The notes beneath the pieces are model-generated. The model made no database searches, was not told the origin of the DNA, and saw only the letters and a list, made by a program, of their open reading frames with translations. Positions 28,582-36,691 of a stretch of 58,968 bases of DNA are shown here, one piece after another; within the stretch, counting starts at the first letter, position 1; every line of letters begins with the position of its first letter. The stretch is from an uncultured Bacilli bacterium (GTDB lineage: Bacteria; Bacillota_I; Bacilli_A; RF39; UBA660), in contig CALVIV010000003.1 of assembly GCA_944331935.1 (NCBI GenBank), positions 1 through 58,968 of the forward strand, written 5' to 3'. Both the position numbers and the translations under genes were made by a program.

Positions 28582-29556
28582 ATGAAGAAAAAGTTTATAT
28601 CAAAGAATAAAAAAACTAAAAAAATAAAACCTAAAATCATACTATTCTTTATTATGATTTTTTCTTCATTCCTTTTAACTATTAAAGCTTTATCTAAATA
28701 TAATCTTCCTCATCAAAATAGTGACTTAGTAAATTTTCTAATTGAAAATAATAATCCTTTTATTGTTAATAGTAAATCTAATTATAGTTATTTTCACCAA
28801 CTTATGACTAAATTAATAGATTTAGATTTAACAGATCCATTATCGATATTAGACACTAATTTTAAAGGGCTAACTAAAAAAACAGATTTAGATGATAAAA
28901 AGGTTAGAAAAGTAAGTAATGAAGATGTTGTAAATGAAGAACCAACAATATATCTATATAATTCTCATGATACTGAAGAATATAAACCCTCATCCTTTGC
29001 AGAATATAGTGTTATGCCAACAGTTAAACTATCTGATTATGTTTTAAAAGAAAAGTTGGAAGATAATGGCTTTAGTGTCTTAATAGAAGAACAATCTATT
29101 AGTAGTATTAGAAGTAGTTTAGGACTTAACTATGCTGGAAGTTATGATGCTAGCAGAGTTTTAATGGAACAAGCGAAAGTTAATTATCCTAGCCTAATCT
29201 ATTTTATAGATTTACATAGAGACTCCTTATCTCATGATAAAACAACTCTAACTTATAATGATAAGAACTATGCTAAAGTAATGTTTTTAGTAGGACTAGA
29301 AAATCCTAGTTATCAGGGAAATTTAGACTTTAGTACTAAGATAAGTGAAATGACAAATGCTAAAGTACCAGGACTTTCTAAAGGTATATATGAAAAAGAA
29401 GGAGAGGGTGTAAATGGTATTTATAATCAAGACTTTTCTAATAGAACAATTTTAATAGAAGTAGGGGGACCTGAAAATACAATTGATGAAGTTTATGAGA
29501 CTCTTCTTGTTTTAAGTGATGTCCTAACAGAGGTGATAAAAAGTGACCAAAACTAA
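28582..29556 (+). CDS. spoIIP: stage II sporulation protein P
   Basis: Seen: an N-terminal TM segment, YLYNSHDTEEY, IDLHRDS and ILIEVGG are present. The gene follows gpr. Confidence 0.85.
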   Translation: MKKKFISKNKKTKKIKPKIILFFIMIFSSFLLTIKALSKYNLPHQNSDLVNFLIENNNPFIVNSKSNYSYFHQLMTKLIDLDLTDPLSILDTNFKGLTKKTDLDDKKVRKVSNEDVVNEEPTIYLYNSHDTEEYKPSSFAEYSVMPTVKLSDYVLKEKLEDNGFSVLIEEQSISSIRSSLGLNYAGSYDASRVLMEQAKVNYPSLIYFIDLHRDSLSHDKTTLTYNDKNYAKVMFLVGLENPSYQGNLDFSTKISEMTNAKVPGLSKGIYEKEGEGVNGIYNQDFSNRTILIEVGGPENTIDEVYETLLVLSDVLTEVIKSDQN

Positions 29557-29866
29557 TCTTGCCAGACTAATTATTATTATTTTAGTATTTCTTTTCTTTG
29601 TTTTATATTTTATGCAAGCTTCAGGATATAATGAATATACTAGAAATAGAGAAAATATGTTAACCGAAGAACAAATAAAAGAGTATGAAGAAGATATTGC
29701 AGAAGGGAAAGATGTAACTATCAAAGACTATCTTAATAAAGATAAAATTAATTATGATAATAAAGTATCAGAACTAGGATTAGACTTATCAGAATTAATA
29801 GGAGATGTTTTTAATAAAGGAATGAATGCTTTCTTTGAGATGTTAAATGAAGCGGTATCTTCTTAA
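29543..29866 (+). CDS. small membrane protein, YqxA (DUF3679)-like by position
   Basis: Seen: 107 aa with one N-terminal TM segment, overlapping the spoIIP stop. Known: B. subtilis has yqxA directly after spoIIP. The assignment is positional only. Confidence 0.45.
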   Translation: MTKTNLARLIIIILVFLFFVLYFMQASGYNEYTRNRENMLTEEQIKEYEEDIAEGKDVTIKDYLNKDKINYDNKVSELGLDLSELIGDVFNKGMNAFFEMLNEAVSS

Positions 29867-30084
29867 AAAAAATAACAATAATTATTATTTACCAAAAAGG
29901 ACTATATTGGAGGTTCTTATAGGTTAAAAGCAGGATTAATACCATTTGATGAATTAGTTTTAGATGCAGAAAATCCTTATATCATAAGTTAGATATCATT
30001 ATACTTAAAGAGATATTTCTTAATGATGTCTCTTTTTCTTTATAATTATTTATGATAAAATATGTAACGAAAAGGACTGATGTT

Positions 30085-30918
30085 ATGAAACTTTTAGGAG
30101 TTATAAGAGATAAAAATTATTTAGAATACTTAGATAATGGTTTAGATGGGTTGATTTTACCATTAGAAAAGTTTTCTGTTGATTATTTTAAGTATTATAG
30201 TATTGATGATATAAAAGAACATAAGAAAAGTACTGATAAACTATGTTTTGTAGTTATAAATAAGATGATATTTAATAATGAGTTAGAAGATTTACTTAAT
30301 GTATTAAAAGAACTAGAAACATTAAAAGTAGATGGAGTTTTCTTCTATGATTTAGCAGTTCTCAATTTAGTCAAAGAAAATAAAATAAACATTGACTTAA
30401 TCTATAATGGAACTCATATGGTTACGAATAGTGATACTATTAATTTATATTATGATTTAGGAGTTAAAGGAGCCTATCTATCTAATGAAATAACTAAAGA
30501 TGAGGTACTTAATATAAGACATAATACTAAAAGTGATTTATTTATTTTATTACTTGGTAATCCTGTAGTTGCCATGTCTAGAAGAAGTTTACTTACTAGT
30601 TATTTTGCAAATAAAAATAAAAGTAAAAGCGATTTAATTACTATTAAAGAACCTAAGAGTGGACAGGAGTTCTTAGTTAAAGAAGATAGTAATGGGACAA
30701 CCTTCTTTTATAATAAACGTCTTAATTTAAGTAATGTTTATAAGGAGTTAGTTGATAATGACATAAATTATGGAATTATAGAACACGGAGAATTTAGTAG
30801 TGATGAGTATAAACAATTAATTAAAGCTTTTGTTCATTTTGACAAGAAAAAAATAGATGAGTTAGCAGGACATAATAGAGGGTTCTTATATAGAGAAACT
30901 ATTTATAAAGTAAAGTAG
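30085..30918 (+). CDS. peptidase U32 family protein (YrrN-like)
   Basis: Seen: this is a short U32-like TIM-barrel protein (DGVFFYD, GAYLSNEIT) near the larger U32 gene. I prefer the ATG at 30085. Confidence 0.6.
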   Translation: MKLLGVIRDKNYLEYLDNGLDGLILPLEKFSVDYFKYYSIDDIKEHKKSTDKLCFVVINKMIFNNELEDLLNVLKELETLKVDGVFFYDLAVLNLVKENKINIDLIYNGTHMVTNSDTINLYYDLGVKGAYLSNEITKDEVLNIRHNTKSDLFILLLGNPVVAMSRRSLLTSYFANKNKSKSDLITIKEPKSGQEFLVKEDSNGTTFFYNKRLNLSNVYKELVDNDINYGIIEHGEFSSDEYKQLIKAFVHFDKKKIDELAGHNRGFLYRETIYKVK

Positions 30919-30930
30919 AGGTGAGTATTT

Positions 30931-31533
30931 ATGAAACAAATTATTTTTGCAACTTCAAATGAATCTAAAGCAAAGAGATTTAGTAAAGGATTAAAAGAAC
31001 ATGGAATAGAAGTATTATCTTTAAAAGATATAGATATGAAATTAGATGTAGAAGAAGATGGAGATACTGCTATTGAAAATGCTTTAATAAAAGCAAGAGA
31101 GTGTTATAGACTTACAAAAAAGCTTTGTATGGGTATGGATGATACACTATATATGGAAGGTGTTCCTGAAGATAGACAACCTGGATTATTTGTTAGACGT
31201 GTTAATGGTAAGAGCCTAACTGATGAAGAGGCACTTGATTACTATACGAATTTAGTAAAAGAATATGGAAAAGACGGGAAAATTAATTGTAAATGGGTAT
31301 ATGGTTTAGCAGTTATTAATGAAAAGGGTGAGGAAGCTACATATAGTTGGTCTAAAGATGATTTTTATATGGTAGATAAGCCTAGTGATAAGATTAATCC
31401 AGGATACCCCTTAAATTCTATATCTAAATATAAAAAACTTGATAAATATTTTACGGATGTTACAGATGAAGATATGAAGTTACTAGAAGTAAATGAAGAT
31501 GATGTAGTAGACTTTATTGCAAGTCATATATAA
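30931..31533 (+). CDS. Ham1/ITPase-like non-canonical NTP pyrophosphatase family protein
   Basis: Seen: the N-terminal IIFATSNESKAKRF resembles the ATxNxxKxxE motif, in a product of 200 aa. Confidence 0.55.
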   Translation: MKQIIFATSNESKAKRFSKGLKEHGIEVLSLKDIDMKLDVEEDGDTAIENALIKARECYRLTKKLCMGMDDTLYMEGVPEDRQPGLFVRRVNGKSLTDEEALDYYTNLVKEYGKDGKINCKWVYGLAVINEKGEEATYSWSKDDFYMVDKPSDKINPGYPLNSISKYKKLDKYFTDVTDEDMKLLEVNEDDVVDFIASHI

Positions 31534-31552
31534 ATAAGAAAGTAGTGATGTT

Positions 31553-32737
31553 ATGAAAAAAATAGAGTTACTAGCACCAGCAGGTGATTTAGAAAGACTT
31601 AAAGTAGTCTTATTATACGGTGCTGATGCTGTTTATGTAGGAGGAGAAAAGTTAAGTTTAAGAGCGAATGCTACTAATTTTAGTTTAGATGAATTAAAAG
31701 AAGGATGTACTTTCGCTCATAATTTAGGTAAAAAAGTATATCTAACCGCTAATATTGTCTTTCATGATAAAGATAGATTAGGTATGGAAGAGTATATTAA
31801 AGAAGTTATAGAAGCAAGTATTGATGCTTTTATTGTTAGTGATTTATATCTTGCCAAATATATTATAGACAATTATAAAAATGTAGAGGTACATATATCA
31901 ACACAAGACTCTATTACTAATAAAGATGCTGCAATGTTTTATAGAGACTTGGGAGCAAGTAGAGTTGTTCTTGCAAGGGAGTTATCTAAAGATGAGATAA
32001 AAGAAATATCAAGTATACCTAATCTAGAAACAGAAGTCTTTATTCATGGAGCGATGTGTACTTGTTTTAGTGGTAGATGTGCTTTATCTAATTATGTTAC
32101 TAATAGAGATGCTAATAGAGGTGGATGTGCCCAAGTATGTCGTTTTGCCTTTGATTATAAAGATAATGATAAATTTACTCTTGCTACAAAAGACTTAAAT
32201 ATGGCAAGCTACATTAAAGACTTAATAGATATTGGTGTTAGTTCCCTAAAAGTAGAAGGTAGAATGCGTAGCCTTTATTACCTTGCTACCGTAATAGGTA
32301 GTTATAGATTTTTAATAGATAATATTTATGATGGAACTTTAACTGATGAGAAATTACTTGAGTATGAGAAACGTCTTGACTCTGTCGCTAATCGTGATAC
32401 AACAAGTCAATATTTTAACCATCTAGCAGATGTAACTGACCAATATTATACAGGTAGACAAGAAGTATCTAATCAAGAGTATTTAGGACTTATAATAGGT
32501 TATGATGAAGAAATGAAATCTATTGTCTTAAAAGAACGTAACTACTTTAAAGTAGGTGATGAAGTAGAAATATTTACACCAACAGGAGAGATTTATCCTT
32601 ATAAAATAGAGACTATCTATAATGAAGATAATGAAAAAATAGATGTTGCAAGACATCCTGAAGAAATATTAAAATTACCATTTGATACAAGACTTATTCC
32701 TTATTCTATGATAAGATTAATTAGAAAGGGTAAATAA
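31553..32737 (+). CDS. peptidase U32 family protein (YrrO/PrtC-like)
   Basis: Seen: ELLAPAG, DAVYVGG, FIHGAMCTCFSGRCALSNY and LKVEGRMRS are present. Confidence 0.85.
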   Translation: MKKIELLAPAGDLERLKVVLLYGADAVYVGGEKLSLRANATNFSLDELKEGCTFAHNLGKKVYLTANIVFHDKDRLGMEEYIKEVIEASIDAFIVSDLYLAKYIIDNYKNVEVHISTQDSITNKDAAMFYRDLGASRVVLARELSKDEIKEISSIPNLETEVFIHGAMCTCFSGRCALSNYVTNRDANRGGCAQVCRFAFDYKDNDKFTLATKDLNMASYIKDLIDIGVSSLKVEGRMRSLYYLATVIGSYRFLIDNIYDGTLTDEKLLEYEKRLDSVANRDTTSQYFNHLADVTDQYYTGRQEVSNQEYLGLIIGYDEEMKSIVLKERNYFKVGDEVEIFTPTGEIYPYKIETIYNEDNEKIDVARHPEEILKLPFDTRLIPYSMIRLIRKGK

Positions 32738-32770
32738 ACTTTCAATATAAATTAATAAGGAGAAGTAGTT

Positions 32771-33139
32771 ATGAGTAGTAAAGAATATTATTATGTTCCA
32801 GTTTATGTTATGCTTGCCGAAGATTTTGTTTGTGGAGATGTTGATTTTATGTTTTTAGATAAGATAATCGTATCTAAAACTAAAACAGGTTATGAAGAGT
32901 TAGATGGCTTTAATAACTTTGTTATCTTAAAATCAGAAAGAGATGAAAGTAAGAAATTAAATATTGTTAATTATGATGATTGTCTATATTTAAATGAAGA
33001 TGATATTACTGAAGAGAATAGAGTAATGATTAATCACATCTTTAACAGAGATAATTATGTTAAAGATAATTTTGATAATTTTGTTAAGATGAAAAGGGGA
33101 AATGTGAAAACTAAAAAGTATTATACAGGGAAGAAGTGA
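32771..33139 (+). CDS. hypothetical protein
   Basis: Seen: an AAGGAGAAG RBS precedes a 122-aa product. I recognise no motif. Confidence 0.4.
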   Translation: MSSKEYYYVPVYVMLAEDFVCGDVDFMFLDKIIVSKTKTGYEELDGFNNFVILKSERDESKKLNIVNYDDCLYLNEDDITEENRVMINHIFNRDNYVKDNFDNFVKMKRGNVKTKKYYTGKK

Positions 33140-33143
33140 TTTA

Positions 33144-34268
33144 ATGGGAAGTTTTGAGAAAGCGAAAGAGAACTTTTTAAGCAAAGAAAAAGATTTAAGT
33201 CCTTATGCTACTAAAAGTAATGATGCTATTAGGTTTAAAGAAGAAAAGGAAGATATTCGTCCTCCATTTTTTCATGATATAGATAGAATAATTCATTCTT
33301 TATCTTATACAAGATATTTAAATAAAACCCAAGTTTATACACTAAACTCTAATGACCATGTCAGTAGAAGAATTACTCATGTCCAGTTAGTTAGTAAGAT
33401 TGCAAGGACAATTGGTAGAGCCTTAAACTTAAATGAGGACTTAATAGAAGCGATTGCTTTAGGTCATGATATTGGTCATACTCCTTTAGGACATACGGGG
33501 GAAGCAATATTAAATAGATTATCTTTAAAAGAACTAGGAGAGTATTTCGCTCATAATATTCAAGGTGTTAGATACTATATGGATGTTGCAAAAGATGGAG
33601 AAGGACTTAATTTAACACTTCAAACTTTAGATGGTATTATGACTCATAATGGGGAGATGTTAAGTCCTATCTATGAACCTATGAAGAAGGATAAGAATGA
33701 GTTTTTAAGAGAATATAATGAAAGTTATAAAGACTTAGAGAAATCTAAAACTTATCGTCCTATGACTTTAGAAGGTTGTGTAGTTAGAATTAGTGATATT
33801 ATTGGCTATATTGGTAGAGACATAGAAGATGCTATTATGATAGATAGATTTAAAAGAATTGATATACCAGAAAGTATTAGAGATGTATTAGGTGATAATA
33901 ATAGAGATATTGTTAATACTATTGTCTTAGATATTATTAATGAAAGTATAGATAAACCTTATATTAAGATGAGTGATAAAGTCTATAATGCTCTATTCGC
34001 TTTAAAGAAATTTAATAATGAAAATATTTATAAGTATTCTATGACTAAAGAAGAATTAAATTATTATGAAGCTGGTATCAATAAACTATATAATATTTAC
34101 TTAGATGATATAAAGACAAGTAATAAAGAAAGTGATATCTATAAAATATTTTTAAATCATCAAGATAAAAGATATTTAGAATCTACTAATATTAAAAGAT
34201 GGGTGATAGATTATATCGCTGGTATGACTGATGACTTTTTGATAAGAGAGATTAAAAATCATGAGTAG
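33144..34268 (+). CDS. dGTPase-like HD-domain phosphohydrolase
   Basis: Seen: F.HDIDRIIHS, THVQLVS and LGHDIGHTPLGHTGE are present, with GMTDDF at the C-terminus. Confidence 0.8.
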   Translation: MGSFEKAKENFLSKEKDLSPYATKSNDAIRFKEEKEDIRPPFFHDIDRIIHSLSYTRYLNKTQVYTLNSNDHVSRRITHVQLVSKIARTIGRALNLNEDLIEAIALGHDIGHTPLGHTGEAILNRLSLKELGEYFAHNIQGVRYYMDVAKDGEGLNLTLQTLDGIMTHNGEMLSPIYEPMKKDKNEFLREYNESYKDLEKSKTYRPMTLEGCVVRISDIIGYIGRDIEDAIMIDRFKRIDIPESIRDVLGDNNRDIVNTIVLDIINESIDKPYIKMSDKVYNALFALKKFNNENIYKYSMTKEELNYYEAGINKLYNIYLDDIKTSNKESDIYKIFLNHQDKRYLESTNIKRWVIDYIAGMTDDFLIREIKNHE

Positions 34269-35040
34269 AGTGTTAGAGTGTAGTACTTTAGTTAATGTTA
34301 TACTTACTAAAGTAAAGAAAGGTCTTAAGAAAAGCACCCCTTTTCTTGCTATCATTAGCTTCAATAAATCTAAATATAGTGAGTTATTAATAGATAAATG
34401 TCTTGAACTTGATATCCATTTTAAACATTATAACTTAGATAATACTAATACAAAGGGTGTTACTTCTTTAATAGATGAATTGAATAAAGATGATGAAATA
34501 ACTGGTATTTTATTAGTAGAACCTCTTCCTATAAATATAGATAAATATGCTTGTTATGATGAGATAGATATAAATAAAGATATAGATGGTGTTAATCCCA
34601 TTAATCAGTATTATTTATCTATAAATAGACCTAATATAGTTAATTCTACTGTTCTTGCCGTTATAAAGATATTAGAGTCTTATAATATCTCTTTAAGTGA
34701 GAAAAATGTCACTATCATTGGTAGAAGTTATAATATCTCTAGGCCTCTTGCAAGTTACTTAATAAATAGTGATGCAACAGTTAGTATATGTCACTCTAAG
34801 ACTAGAGATTTAGTTAGTTTGTTAAAAAACAGTGATATTGTGATAAGTGTAACAGGTGTTAACAATCTTTTTAGAAGTAGTGATTTAAAAGATGACTGTA
34901 TTGTTATAGATGTAGGTTTAGGTGATGTCTTAATAGATAGTGATAATATTAGTTATACACCTAAAACTAAGGGAGTAGGTCCTTTATCTATTGCCTTTCT
35001 ATTAGAAAATTTAGTTACATCTTGTAAAAAGTTAAAATAG
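34261..35040 (+). CDS. FolD-like (methylene-THF dehydrogenase/cyclohydrolase fold) protein, divergent
   Basis: Seen: IIGRSYNISRPLASYLINSDATVSICHSKT, IVIDVG and GVGPLSIAFLLEN match the FolD C-terminal half. The N-terminal catalytic motifs look degenerate (see findings). Confidence 0.65.
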   Translation: MSRVLECSTLVNVILTKVKKGLKKSTPFLAIISFNKSKYSELLIDKCLELDIHFKHYNLDNTNTKGVTSLIDELNKDDEITGILLVEPLPINIDKYACYDEIDINKDIDGVNPINQYYLSINRPNIVNSTVLAVIKILESYNISLSEKNVTIIGRSYNISRPLASYLINSDATVSICHSKTRDLVSLLKNSDIVISVTGVNNLFRSSDLKDDCIVIDVGLGDVLIDSDNISYTPKTKGVGPLSIAFLLENLVTSCKKLK

Positions 35041-35074
35041 AAATTATAATAAATATGGAAAGAAGGTATGATTA

Positions 35075-35446
35075 ATGAAAATTTATGTATGTAAAAAATG
35101 TGGAAATGTTATATTAAAGTTAGAAGATAAAAGTGAGGCTTTAGTATGCTGTGGTGAAAAGATGACATTAGTTGAAGCGAACACAACTGAAGCGGCTACT
35201 GAAAAACATTTACCAGTATATGAGATTAAAGATGGAATGATTAATATCAAAGTAGGAGAAGTAGAACATCCAATGACAGATGAACATTATATTTCTTTTA
35301 TAATTCTTGCAAGTGATGATAATTATATGATTAAGAAGTTAAAAGCAGGAGATAAACCAGAAGCAAGTTTTCCTTATGATAAATCATATAATAAAATCTA
35401 TGCTTATTGTAATTTACATAGTCTTTGGCTTACTGAGATTAAATAA
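35075..35446 (+). CDS. dfx: desulfoferrodoxin (superoxide reductase)
   Basis: Seen: the N-terminal desulforedoxin centre is CKKCGN...CCGEKM. Centre II ligands are EKHLPV, HPM..EHYI and CNLH. Confidence 0.85.
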   Translation: MKIYVCKKCGNVILKLEDKSEALVCCGEKMTLVEANTTEAATEKHLPVYEIKDGMINIKVGEVEHPMTDEHYISFIILASDDNYMIKKLKAGDKPEASFPYDKSYNKIYAYCNLHSLWLTEIK

Positions 35447-35448
35447 TT

Positions 35449-36243
35449 ATGAATATTTATCATGAATTAAACAAAGTAATAGATTATATAGAAGATAATT
35501 TAGAAAATGATATAGACTATGAAAAAATCGCTAGAATTCTAGGAGTTAATGTCTATACTGCTAAAAAACTCTTTAGTCTTCTTTGTAATAATACCATAAC
35601 AGAATATGTTAGAAAAAGAAGACTAACTTTATCTTTTTATGATTTAACTGTAAAAAATGAGAAAGTAATAGATGTTGCATTTAAATATCACTATGATAAT
35701 CCAACATCTTTTTCTCGTGCTTTTTATAAGTTTTATGGTGTTAAACCTAGTAAGGCAAAAGACTTAAAGAAAGGTATTAAAACTTTTCCTAAAATTGTCT
35801 TTAAAGAAGAAATAACTGATAGTAGTGATTTAATATATAATATTATATCTTTAGATGAATTTACTTTATATGGAGTAGGAACTAAGACTACAAGTGATAC
35901 TATTAAGAGTGATGCCCCAAGATTTTTTGATGAATGTATCAATAAATTTAATAGGCATCCTAATTATGGTATGGTTACTTATGAAGATAGATATACTAGC
36001 GATAACTTTGAATATTGGTGTTTATATAAAGAAAAATTATCTGGATTATCTAAATATGTTATTCCTAAGAGTAAATGGATTGTCTTTATAATAGATTCCC
36101 AGGAAGCGAAAGATATTAGGAGAGTTAGTCAAAAGTTTTATAAGACAATGTTTTTAAATTTGCAATATAATATTAGACCCTTACCAGAACTTGAATATTA
36201 TCATGATGGAATAACAGAGTTTTTAATACCTATAGAAGATTAA
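35449..36243 (+). CDS. AraC-family transcriptional regulator with GyrI-like effector domain
   Basis: Seen: the N-terminal HTH_18 reads IARILGVNVYTAKKLF...FKYHYDNPTSFSRAF. The C-terminal half of about 150 aa resembles GyrI/SbmC. Confidence 0.8.
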   Translation: MNIYHELNKVIDYIEDNLENDIDYEKIARILGVNVYTAKKLFSLLCNNTITEYVRKRRLTLSFYDLTVKNEKVIDVAFKYHYDNPTSFSRAFYKFYGVKPSKAKDLKKGIKTFPKIVFKEEITDSSDLIYNIISLDEFTLYGVGTKTTSDTIKSDAPRFFDECINKFNRHPNYGMVTYEDRYTSDNFEYWCLYKEKLSGLSKYVIPKSKWIVFIIDSQEAKDIRRVSQKFYKTMFLNLQYNIRPLPELEYYHDGITEFLIPIED

Positions 36244-36260
36244 CAAGAAATAAATTTACG

Positions 36261-36290
36261 AAAACTCGTACTATGAAAGATACGAGTTTT
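36261..36290 (+). terminator. rho-independent terminator
   Basis: Seen: the perfect 10-bp stem AAAACTCGTA/TACGAGTTTT ends in T4. Confidence 0.75.
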
Positions 36291-36371
36291 ATGTTGTACT
36301 AAATACGAATACGTTTATTTGGAATTAGATGACTTTCTATAATCTAAAAATTGTAGAAAGGGGCAAGATAT

Positions 36372-36449
36372 ATGAACAAACATGAAAAATCATACTTTAT
36401 AATTATCATTATCTTGTTATTCATTATTATCACCTTAATCTTTAGATAA
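36372..36449 (+). CDS. 25-aa hydrophobic mini-protein MNKHEKSYFIIIIILLFIIITLIFR (not in the ORF track)
   Basis: Seen: the ATG lies 8 nt after AAAGGGG and the product is a single predicted TM helix. Coding status is uncertain. Confidence 0.3.
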   Translation: MNKHEKSYFIIIIILLFIIITLIFR

Positions 36450-36691
36450 TAATAACATCTAATTTCTCTTGGAATTAGATGTTATCTAAAAAAACACATT
36501 TTTTGAAAGCATCTATTCTAATAGATGTATTCATTTCTATTTTATGAAGAATTTCTTCATATATGTATTGTATCACACTTTTCTATAAATTAATAGACCA
36601 ATTTTTACCTAAAAACTGACAAAATATAGAATATAAATGTCAGTTTTTTCCTTTAGTTCTATGTTAAACTTCACTAAAGGGGAGTTTTAAC

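Noticed and set aside
29882-29992. Open frame encoding ...KKDYIGGSYRLKAGLIPFDELVLDAENPYIIS after the yqxA-like gene, possibly a gene remnant.
   Set aside because: There is no ATG, GTG or TTG in frame and only 36 codons. It could be a decayed fragment, but I cannot support either a CDS or a pseudogene call.
35894-36091. Plus-strand 65-aa ORF overlapping the AraC-family gene in another frame.
   Set aside because: It is nested in the well-supported AraC/GyrI-like reading frame and has no RBS and no motif.
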